Source: Octopus bimaculoides (Eukaryota). Taken from it: a stretch of DNA of 64,000 nucleotides. Of this stretch, positions 25,690 through 36,597 are shown piece after piece. A model generated the notes under the pieces. The model was given only the letters and a program-made list of their open reading frames with translations, searched no databases and was not told the origin of the DNA. Location of the stretch: NCBI RefSeq assembly GCF_001194135.2, contig NC_068984.1, positions 79,492,649-79,556,648 on the forward strand, read 5' to 3'. Numbering within the stretch: the stretch's first letter is position 1; each line of letters begins with the position of its first letter. Made by a program: the position numbers and the translations under genes.

Positions 25690-27240
25690 ACATAAATACT
25701 ACAGTCAGTATAATCTAATATTAATCTTATATTTAAGATACATATGAAAATTACAAAATACTCTTTTTTTTTCTGTTTTTTTGTAGCAATGCATTCCCTT
25801 ACAGTTTTGTCATATGACAGCTTCCTTGCAATGTCCTTTTCTAGAGACAATATGCACAAAGAATTTAAGTGCTCTTCAGTTATGGTAGACTGAAATTTAT
25901 TCTTTATAAAGGAAGTCTTTAAGAAATTCCTTTCTGCTTCACAGTTCGTGATAGGCATTGTCAAGTACAGCTTAAGTGCAGTGGTAATATTAGGGAACAC
26001 TTCAATTAATTGTTGCTCATAAATAAGCTGAAGAACTGTGCTTTGCATTTTAGATGGTGTGTTTTCTTCTGTGTTCCAGAATTTCCTAAGGTGTAAATAA
26101 TCTTTGAACTGATAACATTCATTCATTAATTTGTGGTCAATATCATCTTTGTAATGCGATATCATAAGTTTGATACTGTTCTCATCAAATTCTGAGAGAA
26201 ACTTGAACTTTTTTGCAATCTGCTCATATGGATCCATCTTCTTACTAAACTGGATTATCAATTAGTCATAGACTTGATTTAGAACTTCTAGCCTAAATTT
26301 TTCAACCTTTTTCAAAGAAGCCCTATCACTTGTTCGATCTGCAAATTTCTTTGTAACAATGCATTTGGAATACTTTGAGGTGATATATTCACATAAATCT
26401 TTTGCAATAAACTCAAGGTCCCCCATGAAATTTCCATTGTTTAGGAGCCTCACTTTTCCTCACGACCTCTAAATGCTAAACCTCTTTCACTTAAAAAACT
26501 GCTGCAATTCTTTGTAGTACTTCAAAATGGTTCTGCATGTTTTTTCTCAACTATTCCGCAAGTTGCTGATTCACAGTGTTTTTATTTAATTCTCGTGTTA
26601 GCCAGCTCAACATCGCCCTGTTATGTTCCATGCTGTCTTTATGATTTTCTAGAGTTCTGAGTATATTCATCCTCGGCATTTAGAGAAGAGTTTACAAACA
26701 AAACAGTATATACAGCCTTTGCACTTTGAGTAAACTAACCAGGATCTTATCACAGTCTGACTATTTTTCAATCTTTTTTCAAAGAACTTGTTCAAGAGAC
26801 TTCGATTTTACTGTTTGTAAATCTTGTTGGATTCAACATATACATTATCTGTTTTTTTTTTTTATTTTGAGAAAAAAAAAAAAGAAACAAAAACCATGTC
26901 TTGCATTAAAGAGTTTTGTATGAAATCATTATCAATTATTACAGGACAGTTTGCCAGGTCACTGTATTCTTTGAAATCACTAAAATTGCTTCCTGTTTCC
27001 TGTTTCTGCTCTCACTTTTCTTGAAGTTCTTGACCACTGTGATCTTCATCTGCACCAAAAGTGCCAACAGAGCATTCATGGTTTGTGCACTATCATTGAC
27101 TCCACTGGTGCTTGCATGGCTTGTTTCAGTTGCAGGTGATGACAAACTTTTACTTGACATTGTAAAACAATTTGATAGTTTTTGACATTTATAAGTTTCG
27201 TTAGATTGCTTTTCCTTGAGTTGGCATTTCTGGTATCCAC
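25690..27240 (-). pseudogene. Decayed hAT transposase
   Basis: N-terminal SGYQKCQLKEK, TTF zinc finger RSWLVYSKCKGCIYCFVCKLF, SERGLAFRG...NNGNF (DUF4371-like), a deletion, then VFPNITTALKLYLTMPITNCEAERNF...LNSLCILSLEKDI (hATC dimerisation). Contains stops and frameshifts. Confidence 0.88.
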
Positions 27241-27635
27241 TTNNNNNNNNNNNNNNNNNNNNNNNNNNNNNNNNNNNNNNNNNNNNNNNNNNNNNNNNNN
27301 NNNNNNNNNNNNNNNNNNNNNNNNNNNNNNNNNNNNNNNNNNNNNNNNNNNNNNNNNNNNNNNNNNNNNNNNNNNNNNNNNNNNNNNNNNNNNNNNNNNN
27401 NNNNNNNNNNNNNNNNNNNNNNNNNNNNNNNNNNNNNNNNNNNNNNNNNNNNNNNNNNNNNNNNNNNNNNNNNNNNNNNNNNNNNNNNNNNNNNNNNNNN
27501 NNNNNNNNNNNNNNNNNNNNNNNNNNNNNNNNNNNNNNNNNNNNNNNNNNNNNNNNNNNNNNNNNNNNNNNNNNNNNNNNNNNNNNNNNNNNNNNNNNNN
27601 NNNNNNNNNNNNNNNNNNNNNNNNNNNNNNNNNNN

Positions 27636-27705
27636 CTATAGTCTCGGGCCGACCAAAGTCTTGTGAGTGGATTTGGTAGACGGAAACTGAAAGAAGCCCG
27701 TCGTA

Positions 27706-27744
<39 letters not shown>

Positions 27745-27834
27745 TCATCATCATCATCATCGTTTAACGTCCGCTTTCCATGCTAGCATGGGTTGGACGA
27801 TTTGACTGAGGACTGGTGAAACCGGATGGCAACA

Positions 27835-27865
<31 letters not shown>

Positions 27866-28072
27866 TTGTGTGTCTGTGTTTGTCCCCCCAACATCACTTG
27901 ACAACCGATGATGATGTGTTTATGTCCCTGTAACTTAAAGGTTCGGCAAAAGTGATCGATAGAATAAGTACTAGGCTTCTAAAGAATAAGTCCTGGGGTC
28001 GATTTGCTCAACTAAAGGCGGTGCTCCAGCATGGCCACAGTCAAATGACTGAAACAAGTAAAAGTAAAAGAG
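27636..28072 (+). mobile_element. SINE family A nested in the hAT element (5' end lost in a gap)
   Basis: CORE-side and 3' half are conserved. Confidence 0.9.
27742..27834 (-). mobile_element. Family B 3' fragment nested in the internal microsatellite of SINE A
   Basis: (CAT)n-cgtttaacgtccgctttccatgctagcatgggttggacg... between (TA)n and (TG)n. Confidence 0.88.
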
Positions 28073-28712
28073 AAAAAGTGAATTATCTGCGAGTTGTTTG
28101 TAATTTTATTTGTTATACTACTCCACACTAGCAGAAACAGCAGGTAGAACAGGTCATGGCTAGACACTACGTCGGAGTATGAGATGACATTGTTCACTAA
28201 GACTGGTAACAGCAATCTGCATGGCAAAATACAAAAACAAAAAAATTGTCAGAATGAAAAAATTAAGTTGTTTCAGAGAGGCCCCTCTGAGATTGGGGGC
28301 CTTGAAGCTTAAGCTGCATTAGTTTTATAGTAGATCCGCCATTGATCACGGGTCTAATCATGTTGTGCGTAAATACATCCTCAAACAATTAATTTGAACT
28401 ATTGCTGTGAGCTCCTTTTTGTTTATAAATAGCGTTATAAAATCATTATGACTAGAGAGGTGAGAGAAGAGATAGAAAAGTGGGTGTAAGATTTGCTCAG
28501 GGCATGCGTTATGATATTTTTCTCTTGATATAACGAAGCACTTATAACCAACAATGGCCAGAGTTGAATTATCCTAATGAAGGATGACCTATACAACCAG
28601 CAGAATTCATGATGTGTTATTTGGTCCACTGCATAGTTTAGCAGAGGAATGAAGATTCGCTGTTATTTTAAAGTTTGTTTCTTGTATTATTTCCACGAAT
28701 TAACATAAATAA

Positions 28713-28909
28713 GGTACTACTAAAGCAGCGTGGTCCCGAACGCGCTAGCTAGTCGTGAGCGGTCGATCCTATGCGTGCGCGCATGTGCAAATGAATACGG
28801 GTTAGGGTTAGGGATAGGGTTAGGGTTAGGATCGACCACTCACGTCTGGCTAGCGCGGACGTGTGACTGCGCAACTGCGCGTTTGGGACCACGATGCTTT
28901 AGTAGTACC
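28713..28909. mobile_element. Palindromic MITE with a (TTAGGG)n core
   Basis: 33-bp TIR (31/33) ggtactactaaagca.cgtggtccc.aacgcgc, inner inverted segments cgtgag.ggtcgatccta, and GGG(TTAGGG)2ATAGGG TTAGGG TTAGG at 28799-28830. No TSD recognised. Confidence 0.85.
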
Positions 28910-29142
28910 GTTTCCCTTCTTTTCAAAGATGCTTTCCAGCGTTTTAAAAAAATTTTCCTTATTTTTTTCTGGGATTACTGTAGCATTACTCAGTTCTCAC
29001 TCTAAGAAAACGTACTTAAAAATTCAGTTTTCTACAAAATATGCAATAAATTGTTTATGAGTGAACACCAGAAGGTACTATATATTTCTAGAATTAAAAC
29101 AAAAATAGCACTTTTACTGTGTTACAGTTAGTTTGTGAGCTT

Positions 29143-30054
29143 GGTGAACATTGGAATTAGACACTGAGGGAAAATGGCTGTAACTTTTTAATTTTTTTTT
29201 TTTTGGCGATTTTCGTTTTCGATAATGTGTTCTATATGTCACGGTCATGCGATTCCCCCTAAAAAAATTTTTGGACCCCCCTTCCCTACCCCCCCCACAC
29301 TTGATATGCTAGAAATAACAGCTAAACGCGGACAATCCAAATCTTGCATTGGTCCAGATGGACTATATGTAATCTGAACCTTTCCCCCCCTTATTTATCT
29401 TTTTTTTTTTACGGAATCCCACGTTTTAGGCTATGGAGATTCCAATTCTGAAAAAAAATTNNNNNNNNNNNNNNNNNNNNNNNNNNNNNNNNNNNNNNNN
29501 NNNNNNNNNNNNNNNNNNNNNNNNNNNNNNNNNNNNNNNNNNNNNNNNNNNNNNNNNNNNNNNNNNNNNNNNNNNNNNNNNNNNNNNNNNNNNNNNNNNN
29601 NNNNNNNNNNNNNNNNNNNNNNNNNNNNNNNNNNNNNNNNNNNNNNNNNNNNNNNNNNNNNNNNNNNNNNNNNNNNNNNNNNNNNNNNNNNNNNNNNNNN
29701 NNNNNNNNNNNNNNNNNNNNNNNNNNNNNNNNNNNNNNNNNNNNNNNNNNNNNNNNNNNNNNNNNNNNNNNNNNNNNNNNNNNNNNNNNNNNNNNNNNNN
29801 NNNNNNNNNNNNNNNNNNNNNNNNNNNNNNNNNNNNNNNNNNNNNNNNNNNNNNNNNNNNNNNNNNNNNNNNNNNNNNNNNNNNNNNNNNNNNNNNNNNN
29901 NNNNNNNNGGGGGAGGGGGTGGTCCAAAAATTTTTAAAGGGGGAATCGCATGACCGTGACATATAGAACACATTATCGAAAACGAAAATCGTCAAAATTA
30001 AAAAATAAAAAAGTTACAGCCATTTTCCCTCAGTGTCTAATTCCAATGTCCACC
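29143..30054. mobile_element. Long-TIR MITE with GG terminus and 8-bp TSD (Merlin- or MULE-like)
   Basis: About 140-bp TIRs ggtg[a/g]acattggaattagacactgagggaaaatggctgtaac...ttttggacc. TSD gtgagctt / gtgagttt. The interior is partly a gap. Confidence 0.88.
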
Positions 30055-31065
30055 GTGAGTTTAATTTATCAGTGCAGGAAAAATACTGTGACTTAGAACA
30101 GTTTGGGAAGGAGACGACGGATGGAATAGTAATTTTTGAAGATAAAATACCCTGCATAAAATAGAAAGAAAATGTTAGAATTTATTCTTTCTGTGCTGCT
30201 CGTTACCAAATGAACCACAGACGGGTACTGGTCTGCAGTTTGTTATTTGGGGACCCTTGCATTAGATAAGGCATTAGTTGGATAACAACGGTTAGTTTTT
30301 GTATTTAATGTGCCACTTTCATTTTGTCAAACTTCAGCTAGAAGTATCTGTTATGCTGCGTAGTGACCAGTTTGTTTGTCATACAGAATATTATTTGCAT
30401 AAATGAGTATTATTTTTTTGTGTTGGGTTTTGAAATAATAAAAAGAAAGAATTTCGCTGAATAATTTCTGTTAATGGGAGTGGTGGAAATTTCAGTTTAC
30501 ATAAATGTTTTCTTATTTTTATTTTAATGCATTAAACTGGTGATCCTTCGCTTTCAAAGTTTATAGCTCTTCAAAATGTTTAATGATGTTAAATGTTTTG
30601 ACTATATCATTAGTTTCACTCCATAGTTTGTAAAAAGAGCATCACTTGAACACATAGTGGTCTGCTAGAAATGGCAGCCAAATCTCCCAATAACCACAGA
30701 CTCTTCAGCTTCAAGAAGAACAACAAAATCAAATAAATTGATAAAATTGCAATCCATCAGAGGTAGTTAGGTGTCATATTTGGATCCAAATAAATTGATA
30801 AAATGACAACACCAGAGTAGATAGCCATTACGCTTTGTGTCTAAGGATCAAATAAATTTACGAATGAAACTGTGTTTTCATCCAGGGTAAATAGATGTAC
30901 TTTGTATGAAGAACTACATAAATTAATGAAATTAAAGTTATTCACTTAGGGGTTGGTATATCTGTTTTGTATTCACAATTTACACAAATTGCCAAAATGA
31001 AATCACTGGCTACTTGGGGGTAGACAGATATTTTGTATCTAAAAATGATTTAAAATGCCAAAATG

Positions 31066-31235
31066 AACTGGCAGAACCGTTAGTACATTGAAATGATTAG
31101 TGACATTCCTTCCAGATTTTTATACTCTGAGTTCAAATCCCATCCAAGTCAACTTCGCCTTTTATCCACTTGGGGTTCATAAAATGCATTACTAGCCAAG
31201 TACTGAGGTAGATGTAATCAATTTGTCCCCCAACC
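31066..31235 (+). mobile_element. SINE family D, degenerate
   Basis: tggcagaaccgttag...ctgagttcaaatccc...cttcgccttttatcc. Confidence 0.7.
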
Positions 31236-32083
31236 CACTCTTCAAAGATTGCTGCAGTGGATCGGTATCCTGTTATGATCTTGATCACTTACTATTGAAA
31301 CTGGGTAGCCAGCTCATGATTCCTAAGACTGAAGAAAAATTATATAGGTGGGTAACAGGTGGAGGACAAAATTAGTAACTGGGGCAAAATGAGTAATTTC
31401 CGATTTTATGTCTTCTTTTTATCTGGTTTTTGAATTTGGTTTGCAAGATTCTTTATGTGAATTCGTGTGTTGAAGCATATTTTATTGTGGTCTGGAGAGA
31501 ATCATTCTCTTTTAGTGCTTTATTGATTTAACACACTCACCGATTTCCACTCATTTACTTCTTTATTTTTACTAAAATATTCGTTGCAAATCGCAACCTT
31601 TTTAATAGTCGTTGACTCTGTCCGTTATTAGAATTGCGTTTTTTGTTGTATGCATGCATGTGCGTCAGTGTGTGGGCGCATACACACATATATATACATA
31701 TGTGTGTATGTATGTGTGTATATATGNNNNNNNNNNNNNNNNNNNNNNNNNNNNNNNNNNNNNNNNNNNNNNNNNNNNNNNNNNNNNNNNNNNNNNNNNN
31801 NNNNNNNNNNNNNNNNNNNNNNNNNNNNNNNNNNNNNNNNNNNNNNNNNNNNNNNNNNNNNNNNNNNNNNNNNNNNNNNNNNNNNNNNNNNNNNNNNNNN
31901 NNNNNNNNNNNNNNNNNNNNNNNNNNNNNNNNNNNNNNNNNNNNNNNNNNNNNNNNNNNNNNNNNNNNNNNNNNNNNNNNNNNNNNNNNNNNNNNNNNNN
32001 NNNNNNNNNNNNNNNNNNNNNNNNNNNNNNNNNNNNNNNNNNNNNNNNNNNNNNNNNNNNNNNNNNNNNNNTATATATATATA

Positions 32084-32477
32084 GGCGTAGGAGTGGCTGT
32101 GTGGTAAGTAGCTTGCTTACCAACCACATGGTCCTGGGTTCAGTCTCACTGCGTGGCATCTTGGGCAAGTGTCTTCTACTATAGCCTCGGGCTGACCAAA
32201 GCCTTGTGAGTGGATTTGGTAGATGGAAACTGAGAGAAGCTCGTCGTATATATGTATGTGTTTTTGTGTCTGTGTTTGTCCCCCCCAACATCGCTTGACA
32301 ACCGATGCTGGTGTGTTTATGTCCCCATAACTTAGCGGTTCGGCAAAAGAGACCGATAGAATAAGTACTAGGCTTCTAAAGAATAAGTCCTGGGGTCGAT
32401 TTGCTCGACTAAAGGTGGTGCTCCAGCATGGCCACAGTCAAAAGACTGAAACAAGTAAAATAGTAAAGAGTAAAAGA

Positions 32478-32478
<1 letters not shown>
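32084..32478 (+). mobile_element. SINE family A, full length (reference copy)
   Basis: ggcgtaggagtggctgtgtggtaag (A-box-like), gggttcagtc (B-box-like), cttgggcaagtgtctt and aaaagag tail, flanked by (TA)n on both sides. Confidence 0.93.
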
Positions 32479-32516
<38 letters not shown>

Positions 32517-33146
32517 CATGTGTGCACGTTTGTATGTACTCTGCATGTTTGTGTGTATGTGTACATATATATATCTGTTTGAAATTTATTACATTTCAAG
32601 TATCGCATCATCATTTTGTACTGTTGCATCATCTTTGGGAGTAAAAATCGGTCAGCATAGTTGTTGTTGAGAGTTGACAGGTACTTTTTCTTCAGGAAAT
32701 TTTTCCTCCACTTTGACCTGATTGTAATTGAGGTTGCTAATAAAATATCCGGATAATCTTTGGTGTTTAACAATCAATATTCCTTTTTCTGTTGAATTCC
32801 AAGTCAAATTTACTGCCACATTACTGTCTAATTTGATAAGTTAAAATTTTCAAAAAAATGTCTAATTTGGGGCAAAATGAGTAATGACTAATTTCAATAA
32901 TTTCTTCTCTTTAACTGTATGGAAGAAAGTCACTCCAGCAGATTGTGAAAAAGCTATAGAGAATATTTTAGGTTGAGTTTTGTTAATTTCATATCGTATG
33001 CCATTTCTCTACAAGTCTCTTTCATTTGACCTAGAAACGTTCAATTTTTGTTGCATTTCTCATCTTTTTGATATCTAAGGATGGATACTGATGTGTATGA
33101 GTCTTTTTTCAAATGGAATTCTATGGAATTGAAGAGGCAAATTTAC

Positions 33147-33508
33147 CTTATTGTCTTATTCATTTTGTCCAGTTTTCTTTTATATGCTCCAAGAGAATGG
33201 AGATAATTTTCTGAAATAATATGTTACAATGTTTTGGCTGTATTTAGATGATATAGCTTTTGTAAGGTAGTTAACATGTATAAAAAATAGATTTTCTCAG
33301 TCAAAAATACAGTAAACATTATTCATCATACATATATACCCTCGATCTGGGGAACATCTTTAACTCCAGAATGGAGGGCTTCGGACCATGCTTGTATTTC
33401 AGGATCACTTTGGCTAGCGACTTCCAGGGTCACTGGAAGTCGATAGCCGAAGGGAGACAATCCCCTGTTGTTGACACTGAGTAGCGAGGTCCTTTCCTCT
33501 TCCATATT
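33147..33508 (-). CDS. Candidate two-exon coding segment of unknown product
   Basis: Exon 33508-33340 (tttctag|AAT ATG GAA...ATC GAG G|gtatat) and exon 33210-33147 (tatttcag|AA AAT...ATA AG|gtaaat) are phase-compatible around a 129-bp AT-rich intron. Peptide NMEEERTSLLSVNNRGLSPFGYRLPVTLEVASQSDPEIQAWSEALHSGVKDVPQIEENYLHSLGAYKRKLDKMNKTI. No homolog recognised. Confidence 0.3.
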
Positions 33509-34167
33509 CTAGAAAGGCCACTCACTAGGGAGGCCTTAATCCAACAGGTTAGGTGGTTAAACCGTAATCCCTCCACACGGGGCTTTTTTTTCATATTTGT
33601 GACGCACATGGAATAGATTTCTTTGAGATGGGATGCCTGAACTCACTAGCCGATGAATTCGTAAGTGCCTTTCTTACCGTTGATTTTTGGTGTCGCATGG
33701 CCAAAGATTAGAGTGAATTTTTTAGAGACACTTTCAAATTTATCAGAATATCGGACTGATGATTTGGAATAGGGAAATTTTCATTCCCTTAACCATGAAA
33801 CAATCGTATCCGATTAACTAAAGACTTGTTTTGTTTATGCTTTTCCCTCCGGTTTTTTGTTCTATGTGTGCCATAAATATCGCCATCCATTTAGAGAAAA
33901 ATTTGTAGTTTAGAATCAGTAGTTCTTTGACTGCTATTTCTAAAATTTTCAGTATGTTGGAGAAGCAACTCAATGCTAATCCCTGTATATCTATGATGAT
34001 AAATGGTTTTACCGATAAAGGTTTTTTCATACTGAACTACTTGGCAAAATTGTTAATTATTAATTCTATTATTAATTGACGATTCCCTGCCCTTATTCTT
34101 GTATATATATATATATAAACAGGAAAAATAAAACTCAAAATATGAGTATCTGTATATATTTATTAAT

Positions 34168-34375
34168 TTTTAGCAGAAGTAACAGAGTGACTCAAGGTCT
34201 GAGAGTTTTGTGTGTTGGCACTTATGAAACTATCATAGTTACAGGCTGGAAGATAACATATTTATTTTTTTTTTATCAGCTATATAAACACACAGACCTC
34301 CAACCTGTAACTAGTTTGATAAGTACCAATGCATGAAACTCTTGGACCTTGAGTCACTCTGTTACTTCTGCTAAA
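34168..34375. mobile_element. Foldback MITE
   Basis: Perfect 31-bp outer arms tttagcagaagtaacagagtgactcaaggtc, with imperfect pairing continuing to about 80 bp. Confidence 0.85.
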
Positions 34376-34469
34376 TATCTATATATATATATAAATTAAA
34401 TTCAATTAAATAATTAAAATATAAGTAGCTATACATTAAGTACAAATGATACAAATCAATTACTATAGT

Positions 34470-34676
34470 GGTTTTAAATTTTGGTACAAGGCCACCAATT
34501 CTAGGGGAGGGTGAAGTCGACTATATCAATCCCAGTGCTCAACTTGTACTTACTTTATCGATCCTGAAAGGATGAAAGGCAAAGTCAACCTCGACAGAAT
34601 TTGAACTTGGAATGTAAAGATGGATGGAAATGCCGCTAAGCATTTTGCCTACCGATTCTGTCAGCTCACCAACTTA
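34470..34676 (-). mobile_element. SINE family D
   Basis: Homologous to 18586-18800. Confidence 0.85.
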
Positions 34677-35464
34677 CGGTTAGTAATATATTAATATAGC
34701 ACAGTGCAAAGTACTAGTCTGTACAAGGTACCTGTAAACTAGTTTGGTGACCACGAGAATCTACTTTTCTGTCTCATGAATTAGTGTGGATTATAAGAAG
34801 TTCTCGACCATCAGAATCTGGAATGTCAGTCTTTGTGTGTGTGTGTGTGTGTTATTACTTTGAAACTGCTCCAAAGAAAACACCTTGTAAAGTTACCTCT
34901 GATACCCTGGGTAGTTTAATTATCTTTGTATCAGATGATGTAAATTGTCAAAATGAAACTGCTGTTCACCTTGGGTAGGGTAGATATTATATCTCATATC
35001 CCACATCCCAAATTTGCATAGACTGAGTAAAAATTAAACCACCGTTCACCTAGGGTAGATAGATGTCACGTTTTGTATCCACAAAATACATAAACTGCCA
35101 AAAAAAACAAAAACCATCACTCATTCTGAGAATCAGTAGATATGTTATTTTGAATCCAAAAATTATATAACATGACAAAATTAAACTACTAGCCAACCTG
35201 GGGAGATAGATGACATGTTTTTGTACACAAAAACTCCATAAAATAAAATGAAATGAAACTAATGGCTGAATTGGGGTGGGAGGGAATTCAATATATATTT
35301 TAATATCAGTTAAAACTGACAAGAATTTTTTGCTTTACGTAACATGTCTACCATTCTGCTGTGATATTTTGTTTCGATTTCTTATTTATTTATTTTCTCA
35401 TTATGTGTTCATTACAACAAGGAATATGATCAAGTAAAGACCAGGTTTTCCAACTAGATTTATG

Positions 35465-35505
35465 GGCACTATCACGCTATTAGATGTCAGAAGTGAAAGT
35501 AGTCG
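35465..35505 (+). mobile_element. Terminus of another, diverged copy of the 17048-17731 MITE family
   Basis: ggcactatcacgctattagatgtcagaagtgaaagtag versus ggcactgtcatggtattagctgtcagaagtgaaagtag. Runs into a gap. Confidence 0.7.
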
Positions 35506-36121
35506 CTGTCTGTCTGCCTATCTGCCTGCATGCCTGTTGCTGCTCTGTCAGCCNNNNNNNNNNNNNNNNNNNNNNNNNNNNNNNNNNNNNNNNNNNNNNN
35601 NNNNNNNNNNNNNNNNNNNNNNNNNNNNNNNNNNNNNNNNNNNNNNNNNNNNNNNNNNNNNNNNNNNNNNNNNNNNNNNNNNNNNNNNNNNNNNNNNNNN
35701 NNNNNNNNNNNNNNNNNNNNNNNNNNNNNNNNNNNNNNNNNNNNNNNNNNNNNNNNNNNNNNNNNNNNNNNNNNNNNNNNNNNNNNNNNNNNNNNNNNNN
35801 NNNNNNNNNNNNNNNNNNNNNNNNNNNNNNNNNNNNNNNNNNNNNNNNNNNNNNNNNNNNNNNNNNNNNNNNNNNNNNNNNNNNNNNNNNNNNNNNNNNN
35901 NNNNNNNNNNNNNNNNNNNNNNNNNNNNNNNNNNNNNNNNNNNNNNNNNNNNNNNNNNNNNNNNNNNNNNNNNNNNNNNNNNNNNNNNNNNNNNNNNNNN
36001 NNNNNNNNNNNNNNNNNNNNNNNNNNNNNNNNNNNNNNNNNNNNNNNNNNNNNNNNNNNNNNNNNNNNNNNNNNNNNNNNNNNATATATATATATGTGTG
36101 TGTGTGTGTGTCTGTGTTTGT

Positions 36122-36462
36122 GAAGGCACATGGCACAGTGGAGTGGTTAGAACATCAAGCTTACAATCATGAAGTTGTGAGTTCGATTCCCAGACCGGGC
36201 TGCATGTTGTGTTCTTGAGCAAGCCACTTTATTTCACATTTCTCCAGTTTACTCAGCTGTAGAAATGAGTTGCGACGTCACTGTTGCCAAGCTGTATTGG
36301 CCTAGATAACATCGGTGGCATGGAGAGGGGAGGCTGGCATGCATGGGAGACTGCTGGTCTTCCATAAAAACAACCCTACGTTGTGCATTCGCCAGTGAGA
36401 CGACTTTCTGCCCAGACTTGTGCCTCAGAGGGGAACCTCTTAGGTGCATCCATGATCATTTG
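36122..36462 (+). mobile_element. tRNA-derived SINE family E (CORE-like centre)
   Basis: Head ggcacatggcacagtggagtggttag...gagttcgattccc, then ttgagcaagccactttatttcac. Homologous to 55842-56160 and 57705-58037. Confidence 0.85.
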
Positions 36463-36550
36463 TGATCGATAGAGTCGAGTTATATATATATATGCATGTG
36501 TATATATAATATATATGTATGCATGTGTATTTATAATATATATGTATAAG

Positions 36551-36597
<47 letters not shown>

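Larger units (their letters stand above)
25256..28344 (-). mobile_element. Internally deleted hAT DNA transposon (ZMYM1/DUF4371-type transposase)
   Basis: TIRs cagtggtgaatctac / gtagatccgccattg (12/15). Perfect 8-bp TSD atcacggg at 25248-25255 and 28345-28352. Transposase remnants lie inside. Confidence 0.92.
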
